A DNA stretch of 64,000 bases from Chiloscyllium plagiosum (taxonomy: Eukaryota), in assembly GCF_004010195.1 (NCBI RefSeq), contig NC_057749.1, forward strand, positions 22,664,976 to 22,728,975, written 5' to 3'. This document shows, piece by piece, positions 13,453 to 24,619 of this stretch; position 1 is the stretch's first letter, and each line of letters starts with the position of its first letter. The translations under genes were made by a program, and so were the position numbers. The notes under the pieces were generated by a model, which saw only the letters and a list, made by a program, of their open reading frames with translations, did not search any database and had not been told where the DNA came from.

Positions 13453-13619
13453 CCATTTAGTTGTTCTCTGCAATTCTTTATATTCTGAGCAATCATCAGA
13501 CCTGCCTTATATCTTTGTCCAATTATATGTTTTTCTCCTTAACCTTCTTAGATAACCAATGACAGTGGCTTAAACCTTTGGAACATTTCTTTCCAGTGGA
13601 AACCCACTTACGGTAAGTG

Positions 13620-13830
13620 GGGCATCAGTTAGCTCAGTTGGCTGGATCGCTGGTCTCTGATGCAGAGTAATGCGGCTTCAATTCCAACACAAACTATGGT
13701 TATTATGAATGTCCCTCTTTCTCAGCTGGTCCCCTTATCTGAGGTGCGGTGACCCTCGGGTTAAAACCACCAGACATTGACTCTCTCTAATGACAGAGCA
13801 GCCGTCCAGGACTGTGGCAATTTGACATAT
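13620..13830 (+). mobile_element. Third tRNA-derived SINE family (further copies at about 15765-15965-, 47275-47380-, 50770-50968-)
   Basis: gttagctcagttggctgg A-box-like start; shared ctgaggt..gtgaccctc.ggttaaaccacca...ctctctctaatg core. Confidence 0.7.
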
Positions 13831-14569
13831 TCTGAATATTCTAAAGTCTCCCCTTAAATGTCTGCTACCACTTTTCCAATTGACCTATCTCCTCACCCAT
13901 CAGTTAGCTCAGTTATCATGGTCAAATATTGTCCTTATTTAAGTTTAAAATCTGACCCTCTCTTCTCTCATTCAAACTTGATATGAAATTCGGTTACTCT
14001 GTAGTCACTGTTAGCCTGGAAGTGCCTTCATTCTGAGGTCATGACTTTATAGAATCTCGACAGAAAGAGACCATTTAGCCCGTCTGCACCGACCCTCCAA
14101 AGAGCTCCCCCTCAGCTCCAGCCCTCCACCCTTTCCCAATGACCCTGCATTTCTCACGGCTAATCCAGCTAGCCATGGACATCCCTGAACACTGTGGGTT
14201 ATTTAGCATGGCCAATCCACCTCACCTGCACATCTTTGGACTGTGGGAGGAAACTGGAGTACCTGGAGGAAACTCACACAGACTCGGGGAGAATGTGAAA
14301 ACTCCACACTGACAATCACCTGAGGCTGGAATCAAACCTGGATCCCTATGAGGCAGCTGTGCTAACCACTGAGTTTCATTACACTACACTAATTCTAATA
14401 CAACCTGCTCACTGGTTGGTTTCAGAATGTGCTGCTCTATGAAAATGTCTAGATTGGTTTAGATGCTTCAAAGAGTGCAACTGCCTCAGACTTCAGGTAC
14501 ATAATAAACGTTGTTTCTGCTTAATTCTTGCTACAGCTGCAGAGGGTTGTGGCAAGTTATACTTCCAGT

Positions 14570-15330
14570 ACTGTCTACACAGAGATTCTCCATCCCTAAA
14601 GAAGGATGTATTGGCATTGGAGACAGCACAGTGAAACCATTTTATAATTCATTCATAAGGGCATTGTTGGCTAGGAGTTAAGAGTCAACTACTGTGGGCC
14701 TGGAGTCACATACAGGCCAGACCAGTAATTTCCTTTCCTGAAGGACTGTGGAACTAAATAGAGACTTTCCTCTGACAAACAACATGGTTACCACTAGATT
14801 CCAGATTTTCATAGAAACCCAAACTCCATCATCTGCTGTCGCAGGATTTGAACACAGGTTCCCAAACATTACTCAGTCTCTGGAGGAAGAGCTGAGTGAT
14901 AATACCACTAGGCCATTGCCTCCCCTTAACTTGAAGCAGCTCTTCAGTTGCTGATGTAAAGGGTTGCCTATGATAAGAGGCTAACTAAACTGAGCCTATA
15001 ATTTCAGAAGTTTATAAAAGAAATGAGAGGCCATTTCATTGAAACATACAAGATTTGGAAAGGGCTTTACGAGGTACATGTTAATGGTTTGCCTTGGCTG
15101 ATGACACAGGATAAGGAGTCGATCATTTAGGTCTGAAATGAGGAGACATTTCTTTCCTCAATGTGTTTCCTCAATCTTTGTAACCTAGAGGTCCCAACTT
15201 TGAACAATATTGGAAGCTTTTTCTTCTCTCATTGAAGCCCAAGACTGGCTATGGGGAAGGGGGATTGTGGGTAAGGAGAGGAGCTGAAAAATGGAGTTGA
15301 GACAATATCCGCCAATGATCATATTGCGGG
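14570..15330 (+). mobile_element. Degraded CR1 3' fragment interrupted by a SINE
   Basis: SPSLKKDVLALE-like start; atgagaggccatttcattgaaacatacaagatt (degenerate RGDLIETYKI). Confidence 0.65.
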
Positions 15331-15974
15331 ACTCTAATGATTATACGGTAGACTCCGACTCATAATTCTTAGCAGACCACCTGAAACTTTGAGCTAGCAA
15401 AGTTAAACCAATTAAGACAGAGATTGTAGATTACGGCTGTTCAAAATTCCCAAAAGCATGAATCCTGGTCCATTAGGTGAAAACTGGATTGGGAAACTTA
15501 TTGACGGCACAGCAATGCTCCCTCTGCTGGCCTGTATGACCAAGCGCAACATTGATCATATACAGTAAATGATGATGAAATGAGTAGACCGCCCTCTTCT
15601 GGTTCTCCAATATACACAGTTGGTACCTACCAATCACTGCTCAAGGGATGTTTAATGCAAAAATATTCTTATCTCTTCAGTGAGAGGGTGGACAAGTTGA
15701 TGGCAAATACAAAGTCGGGCTTGATAAGGTTGTAGTCCAGGATGCTCTAGAACAATTACTTTGAAGGTAAGGTGAAGTCACCCATAGTCTTATTAGATCA
15801 TAGGGCTGCTCTTCCATTAGAGAGAGATGAGTGGTGGTGGCTTAACCTGAGGGTCACTATGCCTCAGGTGAGGGGTTAATGAAGGAGAGTCCTTCATGGT
15901 AACCTCAGCTGGTGTGAGAATTGAACCCACGCTGTCGGCATCACACTGCAAATCAGCCGTCAGGATATGCTGAA

Positions 15975-16970
15975 AGAAAGATAGAAAATAGGACCGGGAG
16001 TAGGCCATTTGGCCCATCAAGCCCACTCTGCCATTCAATATGACTGCAGGTAATCCTCAATATCATACTACTGCAATCTACCAATATCCATTTTAGCTTC
16101 GAGATGTTTATCTCTTTCTCTCTCAAACATATTTAATGACTCGGCCTCCTGCAGTAGAGAATTCCCCAACCCTCTGAGCAAAGAGATGCTTCCTCATCTC
16201 AGTCTCAAGTGATCCGCAAACCACCTTCCCTCACTCTGGATCCTTCTTCAGCCTGCGGGAACGCCATCTTTGTGTCCAGTCTGTCCAGCCCTGTCGGAAT
16301 TTTATACATCTAAAGGAGATCCCTTCTCATTTTTCAAAACTCCAGTAAATACAGGCCCTAATCACTTCTCATATGAGGGACCTGCCCTCAAGGGATCAGT
16401 TTGGTGAGCTTTTGTCACACTCCCTCGATGGCAAGTATATCTTTCCTTAGCTAAACGTGGTCTGACCAAGGCTCTGTATAGCCACACGCAGTAAGACTTC
16501 CTTCTTTCTGTACTCAAACCCTCTTTCAATGATGACCAAGATAGGCGACAAGCTGACGTGTATAAAATGGTCAGGGAAATAGATAAGGTGAATAGGGAGA
16601 ATTTTTTTCCTTCAGTCGAGGGTCAATAACCAGGGGCATAGACGTAAGATAAAGGCAAGAAGGTTTAGAGCGTACTTGAGGAAAACACTTCACATCAAAA
16701 GAGTGGTGGATGTCTGGAATTCTCTGCCCGAAAGGGTGGATGGAAGAGGTGGCAATGATTACAACATTTAAAGAGTAATAAGGTGATCACTTGAAGTGCC
16801 ACGGCGCACAAGGCTGTAGACCAAGCGCTGGAAAATGGGTCTCGAGTCAAAGAGTCATACAGCACGGAAACAGACCCTTCAGTCCAACTCATCCACTTCA
16901 ACCAGACATCCCAATCTGAACTAATCCCATTTGTCAGCAATTGGTCCATAACTCTTCCTATTCATTTATC
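15975..16970. mobile_element. Cluster of CR1 3' fragments (15975-16540-, 16560-16830+, 16850-16970-)
   Basis: Similarity to other CR1 3' ends in the window. Confidence 0.7.
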
Positions 16971-17269
16971 TGGGCTGGTGTTTGAATTTGGAGTTCCCAA
17001 ATCAGTGGTAGGGGAACTACCACTGCACCACAAGATCTCTCCCACGACTTAGTGGAAGGACTTCAAGGGATAAAGTTAACCAGAGATTTTAAAAAAAAGC
17101 TCATTTTAGATAAACATCTGAATTTTGTGTAAATGCAGAAGTGCACAGTTCAGCAGAAATCTCAATGAAGGATCTCTTTGTTCTGATCAGACAGTAGCAG
17201 GAGTGCAAAGGGATAGAGGCTATTTCTGATGATTTTGTTGGGTTTGGAAACATTGCATGAAAAAGCAGC

Positions 17270-17361
17270 TCAAGATTACAGCTAAAAGTCACACAGCACC
17301 AGATTATAGTCCATTATCTGTCCACCCCAGTCCAACACTGGCACCTCCAAATCAAGATTAC
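17270..17361. mobile_element. Minimal family-B PLE-derived insertion
   Basis: Short inverted left end joined to the tail caccccagtccaacactggcacctccaaa; TSD tcaagattac at 17270-17279 and 17352-17361. Confidence 0.7.
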
Positions 17362-17544
17362 TGCAGCTTTTCGTCATTAAGTTGACAGTGACGCTGTGTT
17401 GATCACATACAAAGGGATGTAGGCAATAAGTCATATGTCTTATTTGGTTGATCCAAACAAAACTTAAATAGTTTTACCAATGCTGTGCCAAGTGGTGAAG
17501 TGAAAAAGGTCATGATAAGTCTAGAATAAGGCAGACCAAAGAAT

Positions 17545-18175
17545 CATATAAAAGCATAATTAGTTTGTTCAGCCCATCAAGCCTGTTCTGTGATTCTAAC
17601 ATGAAGGTTTCTCAACACATTCTTCTGGCTTCTTCCCATAACCTTTGACCTCCTTATCAATCAAGAACCTATCTATTTCTGTCTTAAATATACTCAATGA
17701 CTTGCCCGGTCACCGTCACCTTTAATTCCTTTACTGTTCAAAAATCTATCTGCTTTTGCCTTAAAAACATTCAGTGAGGCAGCCTCAACGGCTTCACTGG
17801 GATTTCCACAGACTCATGACCCTTTGGGTGAAGAAGATCCCTCTCAACTCAGTCCGAAATCTGCTCCCCCTTATTTTGAGGCTGTGCCCCCTAGTTCTGG
17901 TTTCACCCACCAGTGGAAACAATCTCCCTGCTTCTATCTTATCTACTCCCTTCATAGTTTTATATGTTTCTCTAAGATCCCCTTTCATTCTTCTGAATTG
18001 CAATGAGACCGAACAGTCTGTTTCCATGTTATATGACTCTACATCTCTCTGACTATAGTCCCAGACTACTCAATCTCTCTTCGCAAACCAACCCTCTTAA
18101 GTTGGTCTCCACAGCCTTCTGTGGTAATGAGTTCCACAGATTCACTACCCTCTGGTTAAAGGAATTCCTCCTCAT
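17545..18175 (-). mobile_element. Nested CR1 3' fragments
   Basis: ORF 17794-18027(-): FRRMKGDLRETYK...TRGHSLKIRG. Confidence 0.8.
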
Positions 18176-18348
18176 TTTGATTAGATTTGATTTGTTAATG
18201 TCGCACGTATCTACGTACATGAAAGGTTTTGTTTTGCATGCAGTACAGGAAGATCATACCATACAAAGTGCATCAGGGTAATAGAACAGAGCAAGGAATA
18301 CAATGTTACAGCTGCAGAGAAGGTGCAGAGAGAGCGAGATCAACATTA
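18176..18348 (-). mobile_element. Rex1/Babar-type LINE 3' end
   Basis: Reverse complement matches 53540-53630 plus 54307-54372; (aaatc)n tail. Confidence 0.65.
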
Positions 18349-18441
18349 AAAGTGCTAAAGGGTCGGACCTTCACTCTGAGGCTGTACAATTCCCATGGAA
18401 ACCACAAGCGGATGGGATACACATCAGGAAATTAAAGAGTC

Positions 18442-18940
18442 AAAGAGCCATAGAGTCGTACAGCACGGAGGACAGGCTGTTTGATCCAAGCTGGTCCATG
18501 CTGACCAAAATGTCCATCCACTCTAAACCCACATCCTTCTAATTCTTTCCTATCCATGTATTTGTCCAAATGCTTTTAAAATGTTGTTAATGTAGCTGCC
18601 ACAACCACTTCCACTGGCAGGTCATTCCCTACGTGTACCACCCTCTGTGTAAAAAAGTTGCCCCTTAGGTTCCCTTTTATTCTTTCCCCTCTATCCTTAA
18701 ACTGATGCCCTCTAGTCCTCGATTCCCCACCCTGGGAAAAAGACTGAGTGTATCTCCCCTATCCTTGCCTCTCATTATCTTCTACACTTCTATAAGATTC
18801 CCCCCTTAGTCTCCTATGCTCTAAAGGAAAACGTCCTAGCTTGTTCAACCTCTCTCTATAACTCTAGCCCATTGAGTCCTGATAACATCCTTGTAAATTT
18901 TTTCTGCACTCTTTCCAGTTTAATAGCATCCTTCCTCTAA
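18442..18940 (-). mobile_element. CR1 3' fragment
   Basis: Similar to 1362-1787. Confidence 0.85.
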
Positions 18941-20016
18941 CAATTAGTTGCCTAAGTTCATGGCTTCTGTTCTCATGAGGCAAATTGCCCACATCCAAGG
19001 TGTGTTGGCCAAGCCATTGGCCAGCAGCTCTTCACTGCCAGCAGTGTACAGTGTCGAGTCTGATGTTGTCAATGATTCAATGACCTGGACAGATCTAAAA
19101 GCCAAGCAGCAGGAAACACCCAGTTGACGGTCTCTGTATGTGGCAGCAAGTGCAGGAGCTGAGCAGACCATTGTCCTTCCTGACATTGGCAGAGGAGGTG
19201 ACCATCGGAAGATCTGCCACCCTCCCAGATGGGAGGCAGGTTTCATTTCCCTTTTTCCTCATTCACAGAATGTGAACATGGCAGCCATGATTGTCCAGAG
19301 GGGAGTTAACTATCAACCACTTTGCTGTGGGGTCTGGGGGTCTGAGATAGGTCAGACCAAATAAGGAGTTTCCTTCTCTAAAGGACATTGTTGAAACAAA
19401 TGGGATTTCCCTCAACAATTAAGAATGGTCTGCCTCTGAAATTCCCATTGAATTCAAATTCAATGGTAGGATTTGAACTCAGGTCCCCAGTGTTAATAGT
19501 TTTGAGGTGATGCCGTTAGGCAGTCGCTTTCCCACTGTATTGAGAAAGCTTCTTCATTGAGAAGTGGAGAATTCATATTAATGCCTTGCAGCAATAAATG
19601 GGGGTGGGGTGGGGTGGACTCCTCATATATTATCTCCTCATCCTGTAGAAAAATTGAGTTTGTAACAACTGCGAGATGTTTCAAATGGAGAGTGATATGA
19701 TGGACCTGATCAGTATGACACCAACAAGGTGACCCTGTTTCTAATGAGGATGCAGGCTTACAATAATGGTGAGATCATGAGAACTAGGGTCATTTGACTG
19801 CCTTCTGATGAGATGAAACGCATTGAGAAAACTCCAGACCAAATGCATACTGTGGTTCTTTGACAACTGTCATCTACGGTGTTGGTAATGCTGGGGCATA
19901 TACTGAAGAGCCTGAGCTCTCTCAACCATCCTCTTAGCAAAGCAGAGTGGGCCACGATAGAATCTGAAGGAAAACATCCCACTTCGGCACCACCCAGCAG
20001 CCATAGCACATTCCCT

Positions 20017-20101
20017 ATGGGTGGGTTGCGCTTCGGCGGGTCAGTGTGGACTTATTGGGCCGAAGGGCCTGTTTCCACCCTGTAAGTAATCTAATCTAAT
20101 C
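20017..20101 (+). mobile_element. HE1 SINE/HER1 LINE 3' tip
   Basis: gggtgggttgcgcttcggcggg...tgtaagtaatctaatctaatc. Confidence 0.8.
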
Positions 20102-20224
20102 AAAGTTTTGGACTGGGAGTAGTGAGTGAGCAGCAGGAGGAGGATGAGATTGGGTCAGCTGTGGCAAGGTCCCTTCGCGGATAGACAGAGCCATGCTTCA
20201 TTGAGTGAGGATACTGGACAATCA

Positions 20225-20805
20225 GGTTGTGAGATTGCTCGCTGAGCTGGCAGGTTTGTTCTCAGATGTTTCGTCACCATGCTAGGTAACATCATCAGTG
20301 AGCCTCCGGTGAAGCGCTGATGTTCTGTCCCACTTTCTATTTATGTGTCTTGGTCTGTTAAGGTGGTTGTATTATTTCTGGTTCTTTTTCTTAGAGGTTG
20401 GTAAATGGGGTCTGAATTGATGTGTTTATTGATGGAATTTTGGTTAGAATGCCAGGCCTCAAGGAATTCCTATGCATTCTCTGTTTAGCCTGTCCTAGGA
20501 TGGATGTGTTGACTCAGTCAAAGTGGTGTCCTTCTTTGTCTGAACGTAAGGATACTAGTGGTAGTGGATCATGTCTTTTGGTGGTTAGTTGGTATTCGTG
20601 TATCCTGGTGGCTAGTTTTCTGCCCGTCTGTCTGATGAAGTGTTTGTTACAGTCCTTGCAGGGTATTTTGTAAATGACATTCGGTTTTGTTGGTTGTTGG
20701 TACAGGGTCCTTTAGGTTCATCAGTTGCTATTTCAGTGTATTGGTGGGTTTGTGGGCTACTATGATGCCAAGGGGTTGGAGTAGTCTGGTCTTCATCTCT
20801 GAAAT
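20225..20805 (-). mobile_element. Penelope-like retroelement 3' fragment (GIY-YIG endonuclease plus terminal repeat)
   Basis: Manual minus-strand translation from about 20678: VIYKIPCKDCNKHFIRQTGRKLATRIHEY; upstream ISEMKTRLLQPLGIIVAHKPTNTLK; stops and frameshift present. Confidence 0.9.
20261..20302 (-). ncRNA. Minimal hammerhead ribozyme motif in PLE terminal repeat
   Basis: CUCA-CUGAUGA-U-GUUACC-uagcau-GGUGAC-GAAA-CAUC-UGAG: stem I CUCA/UGAG, 6-bp stem II; CAUC probably CpG-decayed CGUC. Confidence 0.75.
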
Positions 20806-21819
20806 GCTGGGGCTTGGATGTCTTTTTGGAACGTCAGAGGCAGATGAGTTTTTGGAATCCCTGAGGCATTGCAGAGCAATAGGGGCAGACGATGGAAGCT
20901 TTGTTAGACGGGAATGCCCCACACCCCATGAATGGATTAATAAAAAAGCTTGAGTGGTAGGCAGCTCTGTCAAATGCCTCCTGCCCTGAAAGTGTAGCCT
21001 CTAATTTCAGCTGCCAATATTGCAGTATCTGAAAGGCACTGGTGGTGGCTCTCACACATGCAACTGAGTTCCAGTGGAGACCAAATGGGAAAATCAGCAG
21101 GCTAGACACCATCAGGTCTCTGAATGTTCATCGCAACCAGAAATCTTAGAGGCTTCCAACTAAGGGTGAGATGAGTCAAAGGTAGACCCATATAAGTTGG
21201 CTTTGATCTTAACAGCTGGCAGACATCTCCAGCATATAACGTTTGAGCTCGTTTGCTCAGCTCTAAGTCTTTCATTTGGACCATTTATTATGAAGCTTTA
21301 GTGGCTTGGATAGCCCAATACCGTCTACCCCCGGAGAAATTTTCTGCTATGAGCCAGTCTGTAAGCCGTGACCACAGGAAGGTGGTCTAATCTAAATGAC
21401 CTGGAGTCTCAGGAAAATCCATGCTGGAATGGTTGGAACAATGTAGTGCACACCACCAGGCACACACCTCATATACATAGTCAGGTTTGGGAATATACTT
21501 GTTTCCTTCCTTTAACAAATGAGATTATGACGATGAGTGTAATTCCCACGGCTGGGGTGTGCATGAGTATTCCCGACATGCTGATGAATGAGAAAGAGGT
21601 TCCCTACCATAATCAGGTTGAAACTTTGAGAACTTTATTCCATCCGCAGTTAGGAAACTCAATATTCTTACCCTCTGCTCAATTAATGAATCTTTCTGAG
21701 CAGGCGTGGATAATTCCACCTGTGATTCTACATGAGTGACAGTGACTGCAATGTGGTCATGGCTGACACAACCTAAGACGCAACATGAGACCAAGACAGA
21801 GCCGTGGAAAGATTTTTTC

Positions 21820-22900
21820 AAAGAGAAACATGAAAAGGTTGAGATCGTGGCTGATCTGATCATCCTCAACCCCACTTTGCTGCTTTTCCCCCAGAACCTT
21901 TGACTCTGTTACTGATTAAAGATTTGTCTCTCACAGCCTTGAATATACTTAACGACCCATTTTCTACACTCCTTGATTTAAAGAATTCCACCCACTGCCT
22001 AACTCTGGGAGAGTAACTTCTCCCCATCTCTGTAGTAACTGGGTTACCACATACTCTGAGGTTACGCCTTCTGGTCATAGAATCTCCCACAAGGGATACA
22101 GCCTCTCAACAACAACACTGGCTTATCAAGTGCCCTTCTACATTTCAATAAGGTCACCTCTCATTCTTCTAAACTCCAGTGAGTACAAGCTCCTCACAAG
22201 ACACTCCCTCCATACTTGGTGTCAGTGTAGCCTCCAATCTTTCACAGAATCCTAGAGATGTACAGCCCGCAAACAGACCCTTCGGTCCATGCCTACCCGA
22301 TATCTTAAATTAATCTAGTCACATTTGCCAGCACTTGGCCCACATCCCTCTAAACCCTTCCCTATCATATACCCATCCTGATGCCTTTTAAATGTTGTAA
22401 TTGTACCAGCCTCCATCACTTCCTCCGGCAGCTCATTCCATACATGTACCACCCTCCGTGTGAAAACGTTGCCCCTTAGGTCCCTTTTAAATCTTTCCCC
22501 CCTCACCCTAAACCTACGCCTTCTAGTTCTGGACTGCGCCACCCCAGGGAAAAGACCTTGTCTATTTACCCTAACCATGCTCTTTCATTAGGTAAAAGAC
22601 CCAAAACTGTTCATATTATTCCAGCTGTGGCCTGACTAGTGTCTTATAGAGAGTGTGGTGCTGGGAAAGCACAGCCGGTCAGGCAGCATCCGAGGAGCAG
22701 GAGAATCAACGTTTCGGGCCTAAGCCTTTCATCAGCAATCCCTCAGATGCTGCCTGACCGGCTGTGCTTTTCCAGCATCACACTCTCGACTCTGATCTCC
22801 GGCATCTGCAGCCCTCACTTTCTTCCAGTGCCTTGTATCGTTTCAGTAATAGCTCCCTAATTTTACATTCCATTCCCTTTGGGGTGAAGGCCAACATCGA
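21820..22900 (-). mobile_element. Old CR1 3' fragment with a nested younger CR1 end (about 22245-22580) and a PLE palindrome
   Basis: ORF 22315-22578(-): RTRRRRFRVRGERFKRDLRGN...WNELPEEV. Confidence 0.8.
22638..22837. mobile_element. Palindromic PLE-derived mini-element, family A
   Basis: gagagtgtggtgctgg...ccagcatcacactctc inverted arms; HHR-like core on the minus strand at about 22705-22738; TSD agtgtcttata / agtgccttgta. Confidence 0.8.
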
Positions 22901-23127
22901 TGGCACAGAGGTGAGGGGTAACTGGTGCAGGTTAGAATGTAGGCAACAGAGTTTTAGATGATCTCAACTGTATCAAGGGTGGCAGCAGAGCAACTAGGTC
23001 AGAAAGGCAGAGAGAACACAAGCAAAAATTGTGCTAAGGTTCAAAGAGCAAAGGCCTGAGCCTACCATAAGGATTGACTTAGTTTGGACTTTTACTGGAA
23101 CCAAGGGTCAGAGATTAGGGAAATGGA

Positions 23128-23500
23128 GTCATCATCACCATCAGCGTTCCCTCAGAGACGGAGTGACTCCCTCCAACTCTCAGGGTGAGTCTGTAGGTAG
23201 CTGTACAGACCGATGCAGCTACCCCAGGCTGTGTTATGCTGGGGGCAGGCCGTGGCCATGGAAAGGCGGTGGGTGGGGCGTTGATGTGGCAGCGCGCTCT
23301 TTACACTGCTCCCCCCAGATTCTGCTTTTTCCCGACGGCGAGTCTCGAGGAGGTCTACGCCTTTCCGGATGCTCCTCCCCAACCTTGGGACAGTCTGGGG
23401 CTAGTGATTCCCAGGTGTTTGTAGGAATGCTGCACTTCCCCAGTGAGGCTTTGAGGGTATCCCTGAGGCCCTTCCTCTGTCCCACCTGGGGCTGGCCTGC
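23128..23500 (-). mobile_element. RTE-clade LINE 3' end
   Basis: GQRKGLRDTLKASLGKCSIPTNTWESLA, terminal CP...IGLYSYLQTH zinc-finger remnant, (tga)n tail. Confidence 0.8.
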
Positions 23501-24295
23501 TGTTTTGAAATGGAATAAGCTATTTCAGACTAGGCTGAGGAGAATGGTAAGGCTATGGAATTCTCTGCCACAGAAAGCCGATGTAGTGCTTGTTGCAGGA
23601 GATTTTGTGTACTACATTGGTCCTTCATGCTATGGGTAAGGGGCTCCTTAGTCCTGGGAAGTAGCTGATAGAGTGTGTCTGCTGGTTGGTGTGCCAGGAC
23701 TAAGGACCCCATACCCACAGCATGCAGGCAAGTTGTTTCCATATTGAATGGCAGACGGGGTTCAAAGGGCCGAATGGCTTCCTCCTGTTCCTGTTACCAT
23801 GTATGTATGGTTGGATTTTGCAGAGGTTCAGTGGAACATAAATATAGGAGGATACGAGTCCTGCATAAATGCGACTCAAGGAATGTGCAATAAACGTAAA
23901 GGCTATGAAGGGACAGAGAGAGAGAGCACTAGGACATATGAAACCATTAACGTGTTAAACAAATAACTATATGAAGCCAACAGAGGATAGACAACAATAA
24001 TTAGAACGTTACATGGTAGAAACCATTCCCACCACTCTTCCAAATGATCACAATTTGCTGAGTAGAAATATTTCTCATCATCTGTTCTCAATACTTTGCC
24101 AGTTACTTTTAATCAGTCTCTTTGGCTTACTGTCTCCTGTCAATGGAAACAGAATCTTCCTATTCAGTTCTTCCAAACCCTACATCATTTGAACACAACT
24201 GGCAAGGTCTTGTTTAAAGAGTTCTCAATCAAACACCGTTATGGCCAAATTGGAACACAGAAAAATATCTTTAGAGTCAAGAGAATCATTCCAAC

Positions 24296-24508
24296 AAAAG
24301 CAAAACACTGTAGATGCTGGAAATCTGAAATAAAACAGAAAGCGCCGGAGAAACTCAGCAAGTCTGTGAAGATAAAACAACAAATTAATGTTTCGAGGCC
24401 AATATGACTGAGATTCTCCACTTCCGAAGAAGACTCACATTGGTTTTGAAACATTTCTCTCTCCACAGATGCTGCCAGACATGCTATGTTTTTTCAGGAC
24501 TTTCTGTC
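24296..24508. mobile_element. Degraded palindromic PLE-derived element, family C
   Basis: Resembles 57074-57314 in reverse; decayed core ccgaagaagactcacattggttttgaaacatt; no clear TSD. Confidence 0.6.
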
Positions 24509-24619
24509 AAAGTGAAGCATTCATATCCTTTAGGTGTTGTTCAGGCATGGAAAGTGATTGCTAGATTCAGTACTGAATTATGAGGGAGGCAGTATTGGAA
24601 AAACTTGAAGGTAGATCAC

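Larger units (their letters stand above)
11810..14450 (-). mobile_element. Old CR1 ORF2, fragmented by insertions (SINEs at about 12137-12400, 13620-13830, 14045-14375; PLE palindrome at 13262-13452)
   Basis: ORF 12550-12795(-): IVTFANETKRG...WQMECNIGKC (degenerate FADDTK/WQM); CR1-like linker sequence further right. Confidence 0.7.

Noticed and set aside
23031..23639. 202-aa ORF
   Set aside because: Antisense to the RTE fragment and runs into a CR1 tip; no domain motif
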